A stretch of DNA of 64,000 nt from Desulfobulbaceae bacterium. GTDB lineage: Bacteria; Desulfobacterota; Desulfobulbia; Desulfobulbales; SURF-16. The translations under genes were made by a program, and so were the position numbers. Of the stretch, positions 35,626-46,479 are shown one piece after another; within the stretch, counting starts at the first letter, position 1; every line of letters starts with the position of its first letter. Under the pieces are notes generated by a model. The model worked only from the letters and a program-made list of their open reading frames with translations. It was not told where the DNA came from and did no database searches. The stretch lies in NCBI GenBank assembly GCA_027859235.1, contig JAQIBE010000103.1:4321-68320 (forward strand), given 5' to 3'.

Positions 35626-37133
35626 CCTGTCACCACCTTCACAACGAGATCCATGAAGAATTGAGGTTGAATACCTATATAAACTGAAATTGAACACGCG
35701 ATACATAGAGGAATGACCATGGCGAGCGGCGCCTCTTTGATGCCTTCATAAGGCTCACCCTCCGGGTCTTTTCCGAAAAAGGCCTTAATGGTAATAGGGG
35801 CAAAGTAAGCCACATTCAAGAGCGTTGACGCCAGAAGAATGAGGATGATGCCTGTGGCCATGGGGTCAATTTTGCTGGCCTCCATGGTGCCCACAAGAAG
35901 CCACCATTTAGTAACAAATCCCGCCACTGGAGGCGCGCCGATCATACTGAGTGAGGCGATGGCAAAGGCACCAAAGGTCCAGGGCATCTTGCGGCCGAGG
36001 CCGCTCAGTTCCGAGACATTCTTCTTATGGGTGGCAATGTAGATGGCACCGGCACAGAAGAATAAGGTGATTTTAGAGAAGGCGTGGTTGGCAATGTGCA
36101 CCAGACCACCCTCCATGCCATGGGGGGTCAGGAGACAGACGCCCAGAATAATGTAGGACAGCTGACTTACGGTTGAGTAGGCCAGTCGTGCCTTCAGGTT
36201 ATCCTTTGTGAGGGCAATCACCGATGCCATAATAATGGTAAAGCCGACAAAATAGGCGGTTGGAATTCCAAGGTTCAGCCTGTCCATGGTGTCGACACCG
36301 AAGATGTAGAGAAAGGCGCGACAGGTGGAGAACACACCGACCTTTACTACAGCTACCGCATGCAGAAGGGCGGAAACAGGGGTCGGTGCAACCATGGCTC
36401 CGGGGAGCCAATGATGAAACGGCATCACACCGTTCTTGGCAAATCCGAAGAGACAGAAAACAAAGAGCATGGTCACCATCCATGACTCGGTATCTGCGGG
36501 GAACATTCCCTGATAGATATTGGTAGGAAAATCCAGCGTACCGGTGATGACATAGATCAGGATCATGGCAGGGAGCAACAACCCCTTTGCCGTGGTGGTC
36601 AGGTAGACAATATATTTCTTCGCGCCTTCAAAGGCCTCCTCATCCTGATGATGGGCAACCAGAGGATAGGTGGTAATCGATACAAATTCATAGAAGAGAT
36701 ACATGGTGAACAGGTTGTCAGAGAAAGCAACACCGATTGCGCCGAAGATAGCCAGGGCAAAACAGGTATTGAAACGTGTCTGGGCATGTTCATTGGAGCC
36801 GCGCATATACCCCATGGAATAGAAGGCTGCACATATCCATAGGAATGAAGCAATGAGCGCAAAGATCATTGAAAAGGCGTCAGCGCGCAAGGTCAATGAG
36901 ACTCCCGGCAAGATATCAAACAACTGATACTGATACATAACGCCGTTAAGGATGGCGCTGCGCATTGACACCACTGTACAACACAGCATCACTGCGGCGA
37001 GAATCGAACTTCCTTCGCGAAAGTTTGGACTTTCTTTACCAAAGAGAAATACACCTAATGCTCCGGCTAAGGGTATTAATAATGCCCACAGCAGGATAGA
37101 TGAATTAACAATGGTTGGTGCGATAATTTCCAT
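35622..37133 (-). CDS. Additional (fourth) antiporter-like subunit, NuoL/MrpA-core-like, without a lateral-helix extension
   Basis: The motif HHWLPGAMVAPTPVSALLHAVAVVKVGVF is the NuoL/MrpA-type PTPVSALLHA signature. 503 aa. Located between nuoK and the small TM gene. Confidence 0.75.
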   Translation of the reverse strand: MEIIAPTIVNSSILLWALLIPLAGALGVFLFGKESPNFREGSSILAAVMLCCTVVSMRSAILNGVMYQYQLFDILPGVSLTLRADAFSMIFALIASFLWICAAFYSMGYMRGSNEHAQTRFNTCFALAIFGAIGVAFSDNLFTMYLFYEFVSITTYPLVAHHQDEEAFEGAKKYIVYLTTTAKGLLLPAMILIYVITGTLDFPTNIYQGMFPADTESWMVTMLFVFCLFGFAKNGVMPFHHWLPGAMVAPTPVSALLHAVAVVKVGVFSTCRAFLYIFGVDTMDRLNLGIPTAYFVGFTIIMASVIALTKDNLKARLAYSTVSQLSYIILGVCLLTPHGMEGGLVHIANHAFSKITLFFCAGAIYIATHKKNVSELSGLGRKMPWTFGAFAIASLSMIGAPPVAGFVTKWWLLVGTMEASKIDPMATGIILILLASTLLNVAYFAPITIKAFFGKDPEGEPYEGIKEAPLAMVIPLCIACSISVYIGIQPQFFMDLVVKVVTG

Positions 37134-37150
37134 GTCCCTTTAACCTCTAC

Positions 37151-37471
37151 TCAACCTTGAAGATCAGCCAAGTCCTGTGTTTCCACAGACTTATAATTTC
37201 TGTAAACGGCGACAATAATACTCATGGCAATGGCGGCTTCAGCTGCGGCAATGGCCATGATGAATAATGTCATGATCTGGCCCACAGTCTTGTCAGGTGC
37301 CAGAAAATGATTGAAGGCCATGAAGTTCACCGATGCGCCGCAGAGAACGAGCTCTGCCGCGATGAGCATGCCAATAAGAGATGGTCGTTTGACCAACCCG
37401 AATACCCCAAAACCAAAGAGCATTGCCCCAAGAAGGAGATAGGTGTTGAGCTGGGTGCTTAAGGCTAACAT
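37151..37471 (-). CDS. nuoK: NADH-quinone oxidoreductase subunit K
   Basis: A ~100-aa three-TM protein with the conserved AAAEAAI block, downstream of nuoJ. Confidence 0.85.
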   Translation of the reverse strand: MLALSTQLNTYLLLGAMLFGFGVFGLVKRPSLIGMLIAAELVLCGASVNFMAFNHFLAPDKTVGQIMTLFIMAIAAAEAAIAMSIIVAVYRNYKSVETQDLADLQG

Positions 37472-38025
37472 TCTTTATCTCTCCCGGATCTGGCCACAAC
37501 AAGTGAACCAAGTATTGCTAAGAGCAGAACAATTGAGACCAACTCAAAAGCCATGCTGTATTTCGTAAGAAGTGCTTCACCAACCTGGGTTACCGTTCCT
37601 TCATTCACGACAATGGCTGGTGCCATCCATTTGGCCCCCAGAGAAGCCGCAGCGAGGGCCCATGTCACACTGGCACCGAGCAGTACCGCAAAGGGTCCGG
37701 CAAGGGGAGGCGTCTTTGCTGCCCTCTTATTTTCATCAGGCTCAGCAAGCATGATGGCAAAAGCGATGGTGATCGCCACAGCACCCACATAAATCATGAG
37801 CTGCATCAGGGAGACAAAGGGACTGTTTAAGAAATAGTAGATGCCGGCAATACCAACAAAACAAACCACCAGGCCGAAAATGGCTCGGATAGTTCGCGTT
37901 GAGCATGTTGCCATGAGAGCACCGCCCAGAGTCACCAGGATAAAGCCGAGGAATACGCCTTCCTTGACAACATCAGCAACCCCCAGTGAAATTTGGAAAT
38001 AATTATAGAACTCTTGGATGTTCAT
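37465..38025 (-). CDS. nuoJ: NADH-quinone oxidoreductase subunit J
   Basis: Membrane protein of the right size and position between nuoI and nuoK. The YVGAVAI-type motif (MIYVGAVAITIAF) is present. Confidence 0.8.
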   Translation of the reverse strand: MNIQEFYNYFQISLGVADVVKEGVFLGFILVTLGGALMATCSTRTIRAIFGLVVCFVGIAGIYYFLNSPFVSLMQLMIYVGAVAITIAFAIMLAEPDENKRAAKTPPLAGPFAVLLGASVTWALAAASLGAKWMAPAIVVNEGTVTQVGEALLTKYSMAFELVSIVLLLAILGSLVVARSGRDKEC

Positions 38026-38465
38026 TATTTTTGCTCCTCCAGACGTGCAAGCAAGTCATAGTGAAAATCTTCCTTTCTGGTGGAAGCCAAATTGTACTCA
38101 AGGGAAAATTCAATCGCCCCGGGCTTACAATTCTCAATACACTGACCACACAAGCTGCACGTAGTGAAATCAAGATCATATTGAACCAGAACCTTACCCT
38201 TCACGCCTTCCCGCTTCTCGCCCCGAACCGTAATACAGCCGGAAGGACAACCTTTCTGGCATAGTCCACAGGAAATACATTGGTGGGTTCCCGTTTCAGG
38301 GTTCTTCACCAGCTGGATATGACCGCGATAGCGTGGTGTCATTACCAGGACTTCATGGGGGTACTGCAGGGTGATAGGTTTTCTAAAGAATTCAGCCTGG
38401 GTAATTTTCAACCCGGTCACCAAACTCTTAGTTCCTGTCAATATACTTTTAAAATATCCAGCCAT
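38025..38465 (-). CDS. nuoI: NADH-quinone oxidoreductase subunit I (2x[4Fe-4S] ferredoxin-type)
   Basis: Two cluster motifs: CISCGLCQKGCP and CSLCGQCIENCP. Confidence 0.9.
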   Translation of the reverse strand: MAGYFKSILTGTKSLVTGLKITQAEFFRKPITLQYPHEVLVMTPRYRGHIQLVKNPETGTHQCISCGLCQKGCPSGCITVRGEKREGVKGKVLVQYDLDFTTCSLCGQCIENCKPGAIEFSLEYNLASTRKEDFHYDLLARLEEQK

Positions 38466-38508
38466 ATCGAAGGCCTCTTCTCCTGGTCAATGAGTCTAAA
38501 GTGAACTG

Positions 38509-39555
38509 TTATAGTCCGAGCATTGGTAAAATTTTGATAAGCGCTGCACTGCCGAGTAAATTGACCAGCGCAAAAGGAATCATTATTTTCCAGGCCAAGT
38601 TTAATAATGACCACAGTGTAACCCGTGGATATGTCCAGCGAATCAGAACAACGGTCCAGATCAGCAGATACATTTTTAAGAGGAACCAAACTACACTCGG
38701 GGCGCCGATGAAAGGAATTGATGCCGGCAGTGGGCTGAGCCAGCCGCCCAAGAAGAGGATGGTTGTTAATGCGGCACCAATTACGATATTGGCATACTCA
38801 CCCATAAAGAACAGACCAAAGCCCATACTTGAATACTCGGTATGGAAACCGGCGATGAGTTCTGATTCCGCCTCACCAAGGTCGAACGGGGCACGGTTTG
38901 TTTCAGCAAGAGAACAGATGAAGAAGATAATAAAGGTTACAGGACCGAAGAGATTGCCCTGCAGCGGCAGCCAATTCCAATTCCAGAATCCGCCCGCCTG
39001 ACTTTCGACAATGGTACTGAGATGCATGGAGCCTGTGGTCATGACAATGGTAATGGCGATGAGAATCATGGGAATCTCATAGGCAATGTCTTGACTTACG
39101 GCACGCGCTGCCGAGATAACGGCATATTTATTTTTAGAAGACCAGCCGCCAAGCAGGAGCGCCATCACATTGACCGAGGCAAAGGCGAAGATCATCAGCA
39201 GACCGATGTTCATTTCCCGGGCCACGAGCATGAAGTCCGCAAAAGGACCAAAGCCGACGGGGCCAAAGGGAATGGTCACCAGGATCATGACAGCAGGAAT
39301 CATGGCAAACATAGGTGCAAGCATAAAGAGCGGCTTATCTATTCCGTCAGGGAAAAGAATCTGCTTACTCATGAGCTTGGCACCGTCAGCCAGGGGCTGC
39401 AGCAGACCGGCAAAACCAACTTCACTCGGGCCAGTTCGCCTTTGAATACGGGCAGCGCCCTTCCGTTCAACCCAAACAAGATAGGCTGCATTTAATGCGG
39501 CAAAACCAATAATGCCCGCAAGGAAAAGAACCATATATACTAAATTAATATCCAT
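38509..39555 (-). CDS. nuoH: NADH-quinone oxidoreductase subunit H
   Basis: Contains WVERKGAARIQRRTGP, AETNRAPFDL and EAESELIAGFHTEYS, which are conserved NuoH/ND1 blocks. Confidence 0.9.
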   Translation of the reverse strand: MDINLVYMVLFLAGIIGFAALNAAYLVWVERKGAARIQRRTGPSEVGFAGLLQPLADGAKLMSKQILFPDGIDKPLFMLAPMFAMIPAVMILVTIPFGPVGFGPFADFMLVAREMNIGLLMIFAFASVNVMALLLGGWSSKNKYAVISAARAVSQDIAYEIPMILIAITIVMTTGSMHLSTIVESQAGGFWNWNWLPLQGNLFGPVTFIIFFICSLAETNRAPFDLGEAESELIAGFHTEYSSMGFGLFFMGEYANIVIGAALTTILFLGGWLSPLPASIPFIGAPSVVWFLLKMYLLIWTVVLIRWTYPRVTLWSLLNLAWKIMIPFALVNLLGSAALIKILPMLGL

Positions 39556-39567
39556 CTCTTTCTCTCC

Positions 39568-40686
39568 TTAGCGGTCGATCTCTGGAATAACCAGATCAAG
39601 GCTTCCCATGAACGCCAGTGCATCGGCAAGGAGCATGCCCTTGCTTGCCTCCTGGAACAGACTCAAGTTGCAGAATGTCGGGGCCCGTAGCTTCATGCGA
39701 TAGGCCTGATTCTTCCCATCACTCACCGTTCTAATACCAAAGGTGCCCCGAGCTGCTTCAACAGCGTGATAATAATCACCAACCTCCGGTTTAATCATCT
39801 TCGGAACCTTAGGAGCCATAATGTCTCCCTGAGGCATCTGCGCAATACATTGCTCAATGATCCGCATGGACTGCTCGATCTCATCCATCCGCACCATATA
39901 GCGGGCCATGGAATCGCACTCATTATACACCGGAACATCAAAATCAAGTTCAGGGTAGATTGAATACGGCTCATTCTTGCGCACATCATAATTGACGCCG
40001 GAACCACGCAGGACCGGTCCGGTAGCACCATAGCGGCGACACATCTCAGCCGAGATAGGACCCACATCAACAAGACGCTGACGAAGAATCACATTACCCG
40101 TTACCAGATCATGGTACATGGGCATTCTGGAACGCAGACGCTTGAGAAACTGGGTACAGCCGGTGAGAAAATCATCATCCACATCGTTGTACAAACCGCC
40201 GAAGCGGTAATAACAATAGGTCAGCCGTGAACCGGTGACCGATTCGAGGAGATCAAGGATCTGCTCACGATCATCAAAGGCATAGAGTAACGGCGTAAAC
40301 CCGCCGAGATCGAGAACGAACGCCCCGAACCAGAGGAGATGACTGGAGATACGATTCAGTTCCGTAGTGAGGACACGTATATATTCAGCTCGCTCAGGAA
40401 CTTCAATCCCCATCATTTTCTCAACAAGCTCGACATAACCGAGGTTATATGACAGGGCTGAGAGATAATCCAATCTTCCCATATTGGGCAGATACTGAGC
40501 CCAGGTCCGATTCTCTCCCATCAATTCATGCATACGATGGATATATCCAAGTACAGGCTCAGCATCGACGACATACTCTCCGTCCATCACCAGCTTAACC
40601 CGCAAAACACCATGGGTTGCAGGGTGCTGAGGACCAAGATTTAACTCGAATACTTCCTGATTTTGACTGAGTGCTTGACTACTCAT
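39568..40686 (-). CDS. nuoD: NADH-quinone oxidoreductase subunit D
   Basis: LGPQHPATHGVLR at the N-terminus and DLVIPEIDR at the C-terminus. Confidence 0.9.
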   Translation of the reverse strand: MSSQALSQNQEVFELNLGPQHPATHGVLRVKLVMDGEYVVDAEPVLGYIHRMHELMGENRTWAQYLPNMGRLDYLSALSYNLGYVELVEKMMGIEVPERAEYIRVLTTELNRISSHLLWFGAFVLDLGGFTPLLYAFDDREQILDLLESVTGSRLTYCYYRFGGLYNDVDDDFLTGCTQFLKRLRSRMPMYHDLVTGNVILRQRLVDVGPISAEMCRRYGATGPVLRGSGVNYDVRKNEPYSIYPELDFDVPVYNECDSMARYMVRMDEIEQSMRIIEQCIAQMPQGDIMAPKVPKMIKPEVGDYYHAVEAARGTFGIRTVSDGKNQAYRMKLRAPTFCNLSLFQEASKGMLLADALAFMGSLDLVIPEIDR

Positions 40687-40689
40687 AGC

Positions 40690-41235
40690 TTAGCAACCTT
40701 TGAAGTCTTTCAACAGTGGATGGAAATCTGAGTCTTCGGGTAGAAGCAGGTTTTCCAGTTGAGGATGTCCCTCAAAATTAATTCCGAAGAAATCATATGT
40801 TTCACGTTCATGCCAGTTGGCAGAAGGGAAAACATCACATAAGGTACTGATATTGGGTTCATCACGTGGAATACGGGCCCGAACCACAACCCGAAAGAAT
40901 TCGCCGCCGGTGTAGGAATAGTCATACACGAGCTCAAGCTCATTATCATTGATCCAGTCAACACCGGTAATAGCCTCAAGCTGCATGCCTTCCGCATCAA
41001 GAGCCTGGGCGGCAGCGACGACCTGATCACCGTTCAGCTGCACATCCAGATGCACACCCTTCCGGGCCGGATCAACTTCCAAAAGACCATTCTTACGTGG
41101 AGCAGGAGGAGCAGCCTTCTTTTTAGCACCCTCTTCTACCTCTTCGACAACTGGGGCAGGTGCGGTTTCCGGCTCATCAACCATTCCTGTCGCGGCCAGC
41201 GCTCTTAATTGTGTCGTAATCGTTGCTTTATTCAT
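40690..41235 (-). CDS. nuoC: NADH-quinone oxidoreductase subunit C with an Ala/Pro/Lys/Glu-rich N-terminal extension
   Basis: The core is [21 protein letters not shown] prefer the ATG at 41235, which forms an ATGA overlap with the nuoB stop. Confidence 0.85.
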   Translation of the reverse strand: MNKATITTQLRALAATGMVDEPETAPAPVVEEVEEGAKKKAAPPAPRKNGLLEVDPARKGVHLDVQLNGDQVVAAAQALDAEGMQLEAITGVDWINDNELELVYDYSYTGGEFFRVVVRARIPRDEPNISTLCDVFPSANWHERETYDFFGINFEGHPQLENLLLPEDSDFHPLLKDFKGC

Positions 41236-41747
41236 GGCTGACTCAACCCAGATTCTACTCGTGGCCAACGTGGACGACGGTAACCAACGATCTTTTCTTC
41301 CAGTTGCAGAATACCCTCAATCAAGGCCTCAGGCCGTGGTGGACAACCAGGGATATAAACATCCACCGGCAAAAAGGTATCTGCTCCCTCAACAATGCCA
41401 TACTGACCGTCAAACTTAAACGGTCCGCCGGAAATGGCACAATTGCCCATGGCAATGACCCATTTCGGTTCAGGCATTTGATCATATAAGGTCTTTACGG
41501 CAGGCAGCATCTTCTTCGAGATGGTGCCCGCAACGATCATGACATCACATTGGCGGGGTGAAGGCCTGAACACCTCTGCCCCAAACCGGGACAGGTCAAA
41601 CCGTGATGCACCTGCTGCCATCATTTCAATGGCGCAACATGCCAAGCCAAAGGTCATAGGCCAGAGGGAATTTGAACGCCCCATGGCCAAAACTTTATCA
41701 ACTGTAGACAGTTGAACTATTGATTCTGGTATACTTTCCGATCCCAC
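41232..41747 (-). CDS. nuoB: NADH-quinone oxidoreductase subunit B
   Basis: Contains [16 protein letters not shown] and the GCPPRPEAL cluster-N2 ligand motifs. Confidence 0.9.
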   Translation of the reverse strand: MGSESIPESIVQLSTVDKVLAMGRSNSLWPMTFGLACCAIEMMAAGASRFDLSRFGAEVFRPSPRQCDVMIVAGTISKKMLPAVKTLYDQMPEPKWVIAMGNCAISGGPFKFDGQYGIVEGADTFLPVDVYIPGCPPRPEALIEGILQLEEKIVGYRRPRWPRVESGLSQP

Positions 41748-42127
41748 TTGAAGACTCCCTTTTTCCAGGCATATACAAGTGCCAATGACAAGATTCCAAC
41801 GAAAATAAACACTTCAATAAAGTCTCGCATCCCACCGGCAAACTGACCCTGATTATAGGCCATGGCCACGGGGAACAGAAACAGGACATCAACATCAAAG
41901 GCCAAAAACATCAGGGCGTATAAATAGTACACAACGCCATACCGAATCCAGGCAGAGCCAATAGGCTCCATACCGCATTCGATAAACTGACCGGTTTTAT
42001 TGTCAATGTTTCTTGTTTTTTTCGGACTTAACAGGAAAACGGCAAGAAATGGCCCGAGACAAAAGCCCAAACCACCAAAAAAGAATAGCGTGACATATAA
42101 AAGGTCACCAATAGAAGTTACTGACAT
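41717..42127 (-). CDS. nuoA: NADH-quinone oxidoreductase subunit A
   Basis: Three-TM protein with the conserved ECGMEP block and [10 protein letters not shown]. The start is uncertain: ATG 42127, GTG 42133 with an AGGGAG RBS, or the ORF-track start 42181. Confidence 0.8.
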   Translation of the reverse strand: MSVTSIGDLLYVTLFFFGGLGFCLGPFLAVFLLSPKKTRNIDNKTGQFIECGMEPIGSAWIRYGVVYYLYALMFLAFDVDVLFLFPVAMAYNQGQFAGGMRDFIEVFIFVGILSLALVYAWKKGVFKWDRKVYQNQ

Positions 42128-42311
42128 ATCCACGACATTCACTCCCTTTAAAAACATCCGCCACTGGAACTCCCCTTCCATTTTTATGGCAATGTTCTTT
42201 TATTATCATGCAGAGACGGCTGCATTACTGCTGTCCAGTTAACCAGACCCGCGACCGTTTCCAGCAGACAACTAAAAGTTAAGCATATAGACTTCTGCTT
42301 AAGTAGGGTGT

Positions 42312-42340
42312 TTTCTAGCCCACGTTTCACAATGTGTCAA
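42312..42340 (-). promoter_or_regulatory. Candidate sigma70 promoter for the nuo operon
   Basis: On the minus strand: TTGACA (42340-42335), a 17-nt spacer, then TAGAAA (42317-42312). Confidence 0.35.
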
Positions 42341-42661
42341 CTAAAAAATGGGTCTCCATTCACAACTTTATGAATAGCTATTCATTTTTTACACGCCAGC
42401 CAGGGACAGACTTTAACTTGCCGGAATTACGAGAGATACAAGGAGACTGAGCGTGATTAAGGTGACCCGGCCCACGTACATCTACGGAAGTATAAGTGGT
42501 GATAAAAATGCGCTTTTTGAACTGTTGACCCTCTTTTATAATTATTAAATATGCATAGAGTTACAGTCCTTTTCCGCACCCCTGTTCCACCGCAAATGGG
42601 TATTATTTTTCATGGAAATTACGAGGTGCCAGCAGAGATGGTGATGCAACCGTTGCATCTT

Positions 42662-44128
42662 TCACGAACGCAGTGCTCGCTGGCGCAAGCCGTCAAGCAA
42701 CCGTGCATGAATATTACCAAAGCCGCCATTTGATAACACCGCCACCACATCATCCGCATGCAGCGCTCTTAGAAGATACGCCAATATGGATTCCACATCT
42801 GCAAAACATCGGGCCGGAATCCCTTGGGCCTTCAGTGCTTCAGCCAGAACAGCGGCCGAGAAATGATCCTCGGCCCGAACCCCATCCAGTGGATCCGGCT
42901 CCTTAATCACCACCTCAGCGGCCCCGCCAAACACCCTGGCATAATCCTCTTGAAATATATTCCGCCGACTGGAATTTGTCCGCGGCTCAAATACGGCAAC
43001 CAGACGTTTACCCGCATAGGCTCCGGCTAACGCCTGCAAGGTTTCATTTACGGCAGTGGGATGATGGGCAAAGTCATCAATAACCACAACACCATCCTCA
43101 ACACCACGCACCTCCTGACGCCTTCGTACCCCTTGAAACAGCTGTAATTCACGGGCTATAATACCAGGCTCAACGCCGATCGTATCAAGGACTGCGATAA
43201 CCGCCATACTGTTCAAGACATTATGCTTACCCGGCAAGACACTCCTATACATACCCGCAGGCTGACCCGACCGCAGCAGCGCGAAGCTCGTGACATCAGC
43301 ACCGATATCAAGATCACCATAGCAATAGTCAAAGGCAGGATCACTGCCATAGGAAATGACCCTGCATCTTGCCAGGGAGCAGAGTTCACGTACCACCTCA
43401 TAGTCAAAACAGGCGATTAATGTGCCGTCATCCGGCATAATCTCAATGAGTTTTCTGAAAGAATCCTTCACCGCATCAAAGTCGGCATAAATATCCGCAT
43501 GATCAAACTCGACAGAGGTGAGTATGGCGATATGCGGCTGGTAATGGAGGAATTTCGGCCCCTTATCGAAAAAGGCGGTGTCATACTCATCCCCCTCCAC
43601 CACAAAATACTCCCCCTTGCCAATGGTAAAATTAGCATTAAAGGCCTGGACAATGCCGCCAATCATGAAACTGGGATCAAGCTCTGCCCCGGCAAGCACC
43701 GTGGCAAGCAGGGCTGATGTTGTGGTTTTTCCATGGGTTCCTGCCACAACAAGGGACGTCTTGGGGGAGAGATAAAAATGACTGAGGAGCTGGGGAAAAG
43801 AGACATAGTCCACACCTAGACGGGCCAGCTCAAGGGCTTCTGGATTTTCACGGCGAATGACATTACCCACCACAACCAGATCAGGACGGGGGTGCAAATT
43901 ACCGGGTCCATATCCTTCGGTAACGACTATGTTGTTCTCTGCCAGATAATCACTCATGGGCGGGTACACCCCGCTATCCGACCCGGTTATGGTATAGCCA
44001 GACTGCTGCAGGAGGCCGGCAACGGCGCCCATACCTGTGCCGCATATTCCCATGAGATGAATATGGCGCGGGGAATCAGGGAATTTATTTAACGCAGGAT
44101 CAAGAACAGGCAAAGGAGTATCGGACAT
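42662..44128 (-). CDS. mpl: UDP-N-acetylmuramate:L-alanyl-gamma-D-glutamyl-meso-diaminopimelate ligase (murein peptide ligase)
   Basis: HIHLMGICGTGMGAVAGLLQQSGYTITGSDSGVYPPMSDYL plus the Mur-ligase GTHGKTTT P-loop. I prefer the ATG at 44128. Confidence 0.85.
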   Translation of the reverse strand: MSDTPLPVLDPALNKFPDSPRHIHLMGICGTGMGAVAGLLQQSGYTITGSDSGVYPPMSDYLAENNIVVTEGYGPGNLHPRPDLVVVGNVIRRENPEALELARLGVDYVSFPQLLSHFYLSPKTSLVVAGTHGKTTTSALLATVLAGAELDPSFMIGGIVQAFNANFTIGKGEYFVVEGDEYDTAFFDKGPKFLHYQPHIAILTSVEFDHADIYADFDAVKDSFRKLIEIMPDDGTLIACFDYEVVRELCSLARCRVISYGSDPAFDYCYGDLDIGADVTSFALLRSGQPAGMYRSVLPGKHNVLNSMAVIAVLDTIGVEPGIIARELQLFQGVRRRQEVRGVEDGVVVIDDFAHHPTAVNETLQALAGAYAGKRLVAVFEPRTNSSRRNIFQEDYARVFGGAAEVVIKEPDPLDGVRAEDHFSAAVLAEALKAQGIPARCFADVESILAYLLRALHADDVVAVLSNGGFGNIHARLLDGLRQRALRS

Positions 44129-44204
44129 GGGAGAACACCAGTGGACAATAATAACAGTCAACACATCATAGCTAAAAAGTGCAACGCAACAGGCGGGAAA
44201 GAAA

Positions 44205-44396
44205 TTACTCCGCTCGGGCTGTAGCCTTCACCACCCGATGAATTTCTCCAAAGGTCTCCTCAAACTTCACAGGAGACAAGCGCCCTGCTTCAATAAATTT
44301 CACCACAACCTCCTTGGTGATTTTCATTATAAGTTCATCCGTAACAGGTTTATTCAAGCGAGCAAGCAGGGACTGGGGGGAAGATTCTTCAGACAT
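44205..44396 (-). CDS. Small hypothetical protein (63 aa)
   Basis: The ORF has backbone-like composition. No family recognised. Confidence 0.4.
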   Translation of the reverse strand: MSEESSPQSLLARLNKPVTDELIMKITKEVVVKFIEAGRLSPVKFEETFGEIHRVVKATARAE

Positions 44397-44695
44397 AGCA
44401 AAACCTCAGCAAAATATGAATATTTTAGACAGGTTATACCGTACACAAAAGTAAGGGGGGAGACAACTCTGGAGAGGATATATGCTAAAAAAACAGGATG
44501 ATTAGCGTGAAAAGGTACGCATATTGAGCAGGAACCAACATGGCGGACATTGAGCATAAAAAAAGCCTCTGTGGTGTGGAAGAAGGCCAATTCAACGGAA
44601 CCAACAGAGGCTTATCTCTAATATTGGCAAGAACTTAAAAGGCCCTCCCCGACTAGAGACAAACAATCATATACCAAAATGACAAAAAAGAAAAG

Positions 44696-44771
44696 TGGTG
44701 GAGCTAAGCGGGATCGAACCGCTGACCTCCTGTCTGCCAGACAGGCGCTCTCCCAGCTGAGCTATAGCCCC
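44696..44771 (-). tRNA. tRNA-Ala (anticodon GGC) with encoded CCA
   Basis: The reverse complement is GGGGCTATAGCTCAGCTGGGAGAGCGCCTGTCTGGCAGACAGGAGGTCAGCGGTTCGATCCCGCTTAGCTCCACCA. It folds as a cloverleaf with a G3:U70 pair, anticodon loop CTGGCAG and T-loop GGTTCGATCC. Confidence 0.95.
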
Positions 44772-44801
44772 ACACCAGAAATCAATCAATTTAGAATTGG
44801 C

Positions 44802-44830
44802 TATTTAGCCGAGACAACCCCTTCTGTCAA
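44802..44830 (-). promoter_or_regulatory. Candidate promoter for tRNA-Ala
   Basis: On the minus strand: TTGACA (44830-44825), a 17-nt spacer, then TAAATA (44807-44802), about 30 nt upstream of the tRNA 5' end. Confidence 0.5.
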
Positions 44831-45070
44831 TTCTTTTTAAGCCATTCTAGCCGCAACAGTGAGGATGGGTATCCACCCAAACCCATTAAAACAATGCAAC
44901 CTCCTGTTATAACGATATCTTGATGCCAAAGACGACCGATTATCTGCTCAAAAAAAATCTCCTGCCCCCAACGACAGATAATGGCTGAAAAACCTCTCTC
45001 CCACCCCCTCCTCACTCACTCCAGTCATATGGCGGCCCCTTTATTTTTTTAAGGTTTTCACCCGTATTCA

Positions 45071-45099
45071 TTGACTTTTAGGCGCAGGTATTCAATAAT
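45071..45099 (+). promoter_or_regulatory. Candidate promoter upstream of mreB
   Basis: TTGACT, a 17-nt spacer, then AATAAT. It lies about 230 nt upstream of the mreB ATG, which implies a long leader. Confidence 0.3.
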
Positions 45100-45269
45100 C
45101 GGAACAATTATGTGTCTATGGATATAATTCTTATATACCAATGCAGATCCACAACAAGCGAAGATCTATTTTACGTCGCACATACAGCAGGTTAAGTGGA
45201 AACTGAAAAACACACCAAGCATACGACTCTTAAATAACGAACTATTTTTCACTTCTCATTATCCATTGA

Positions 45270-46370
<1,101 letters not shown>

Positions 46371-46479
46371 CCCCTCCTTGCTCAAAACCAGGAAAGAGTG
46401 GGGCCACAGGGAATCCGTTCCTCGTGCCTTTCAGTAGACCAGCAGCACATAGCCCTTAATCTTCGTCCTTAAAAAACCT

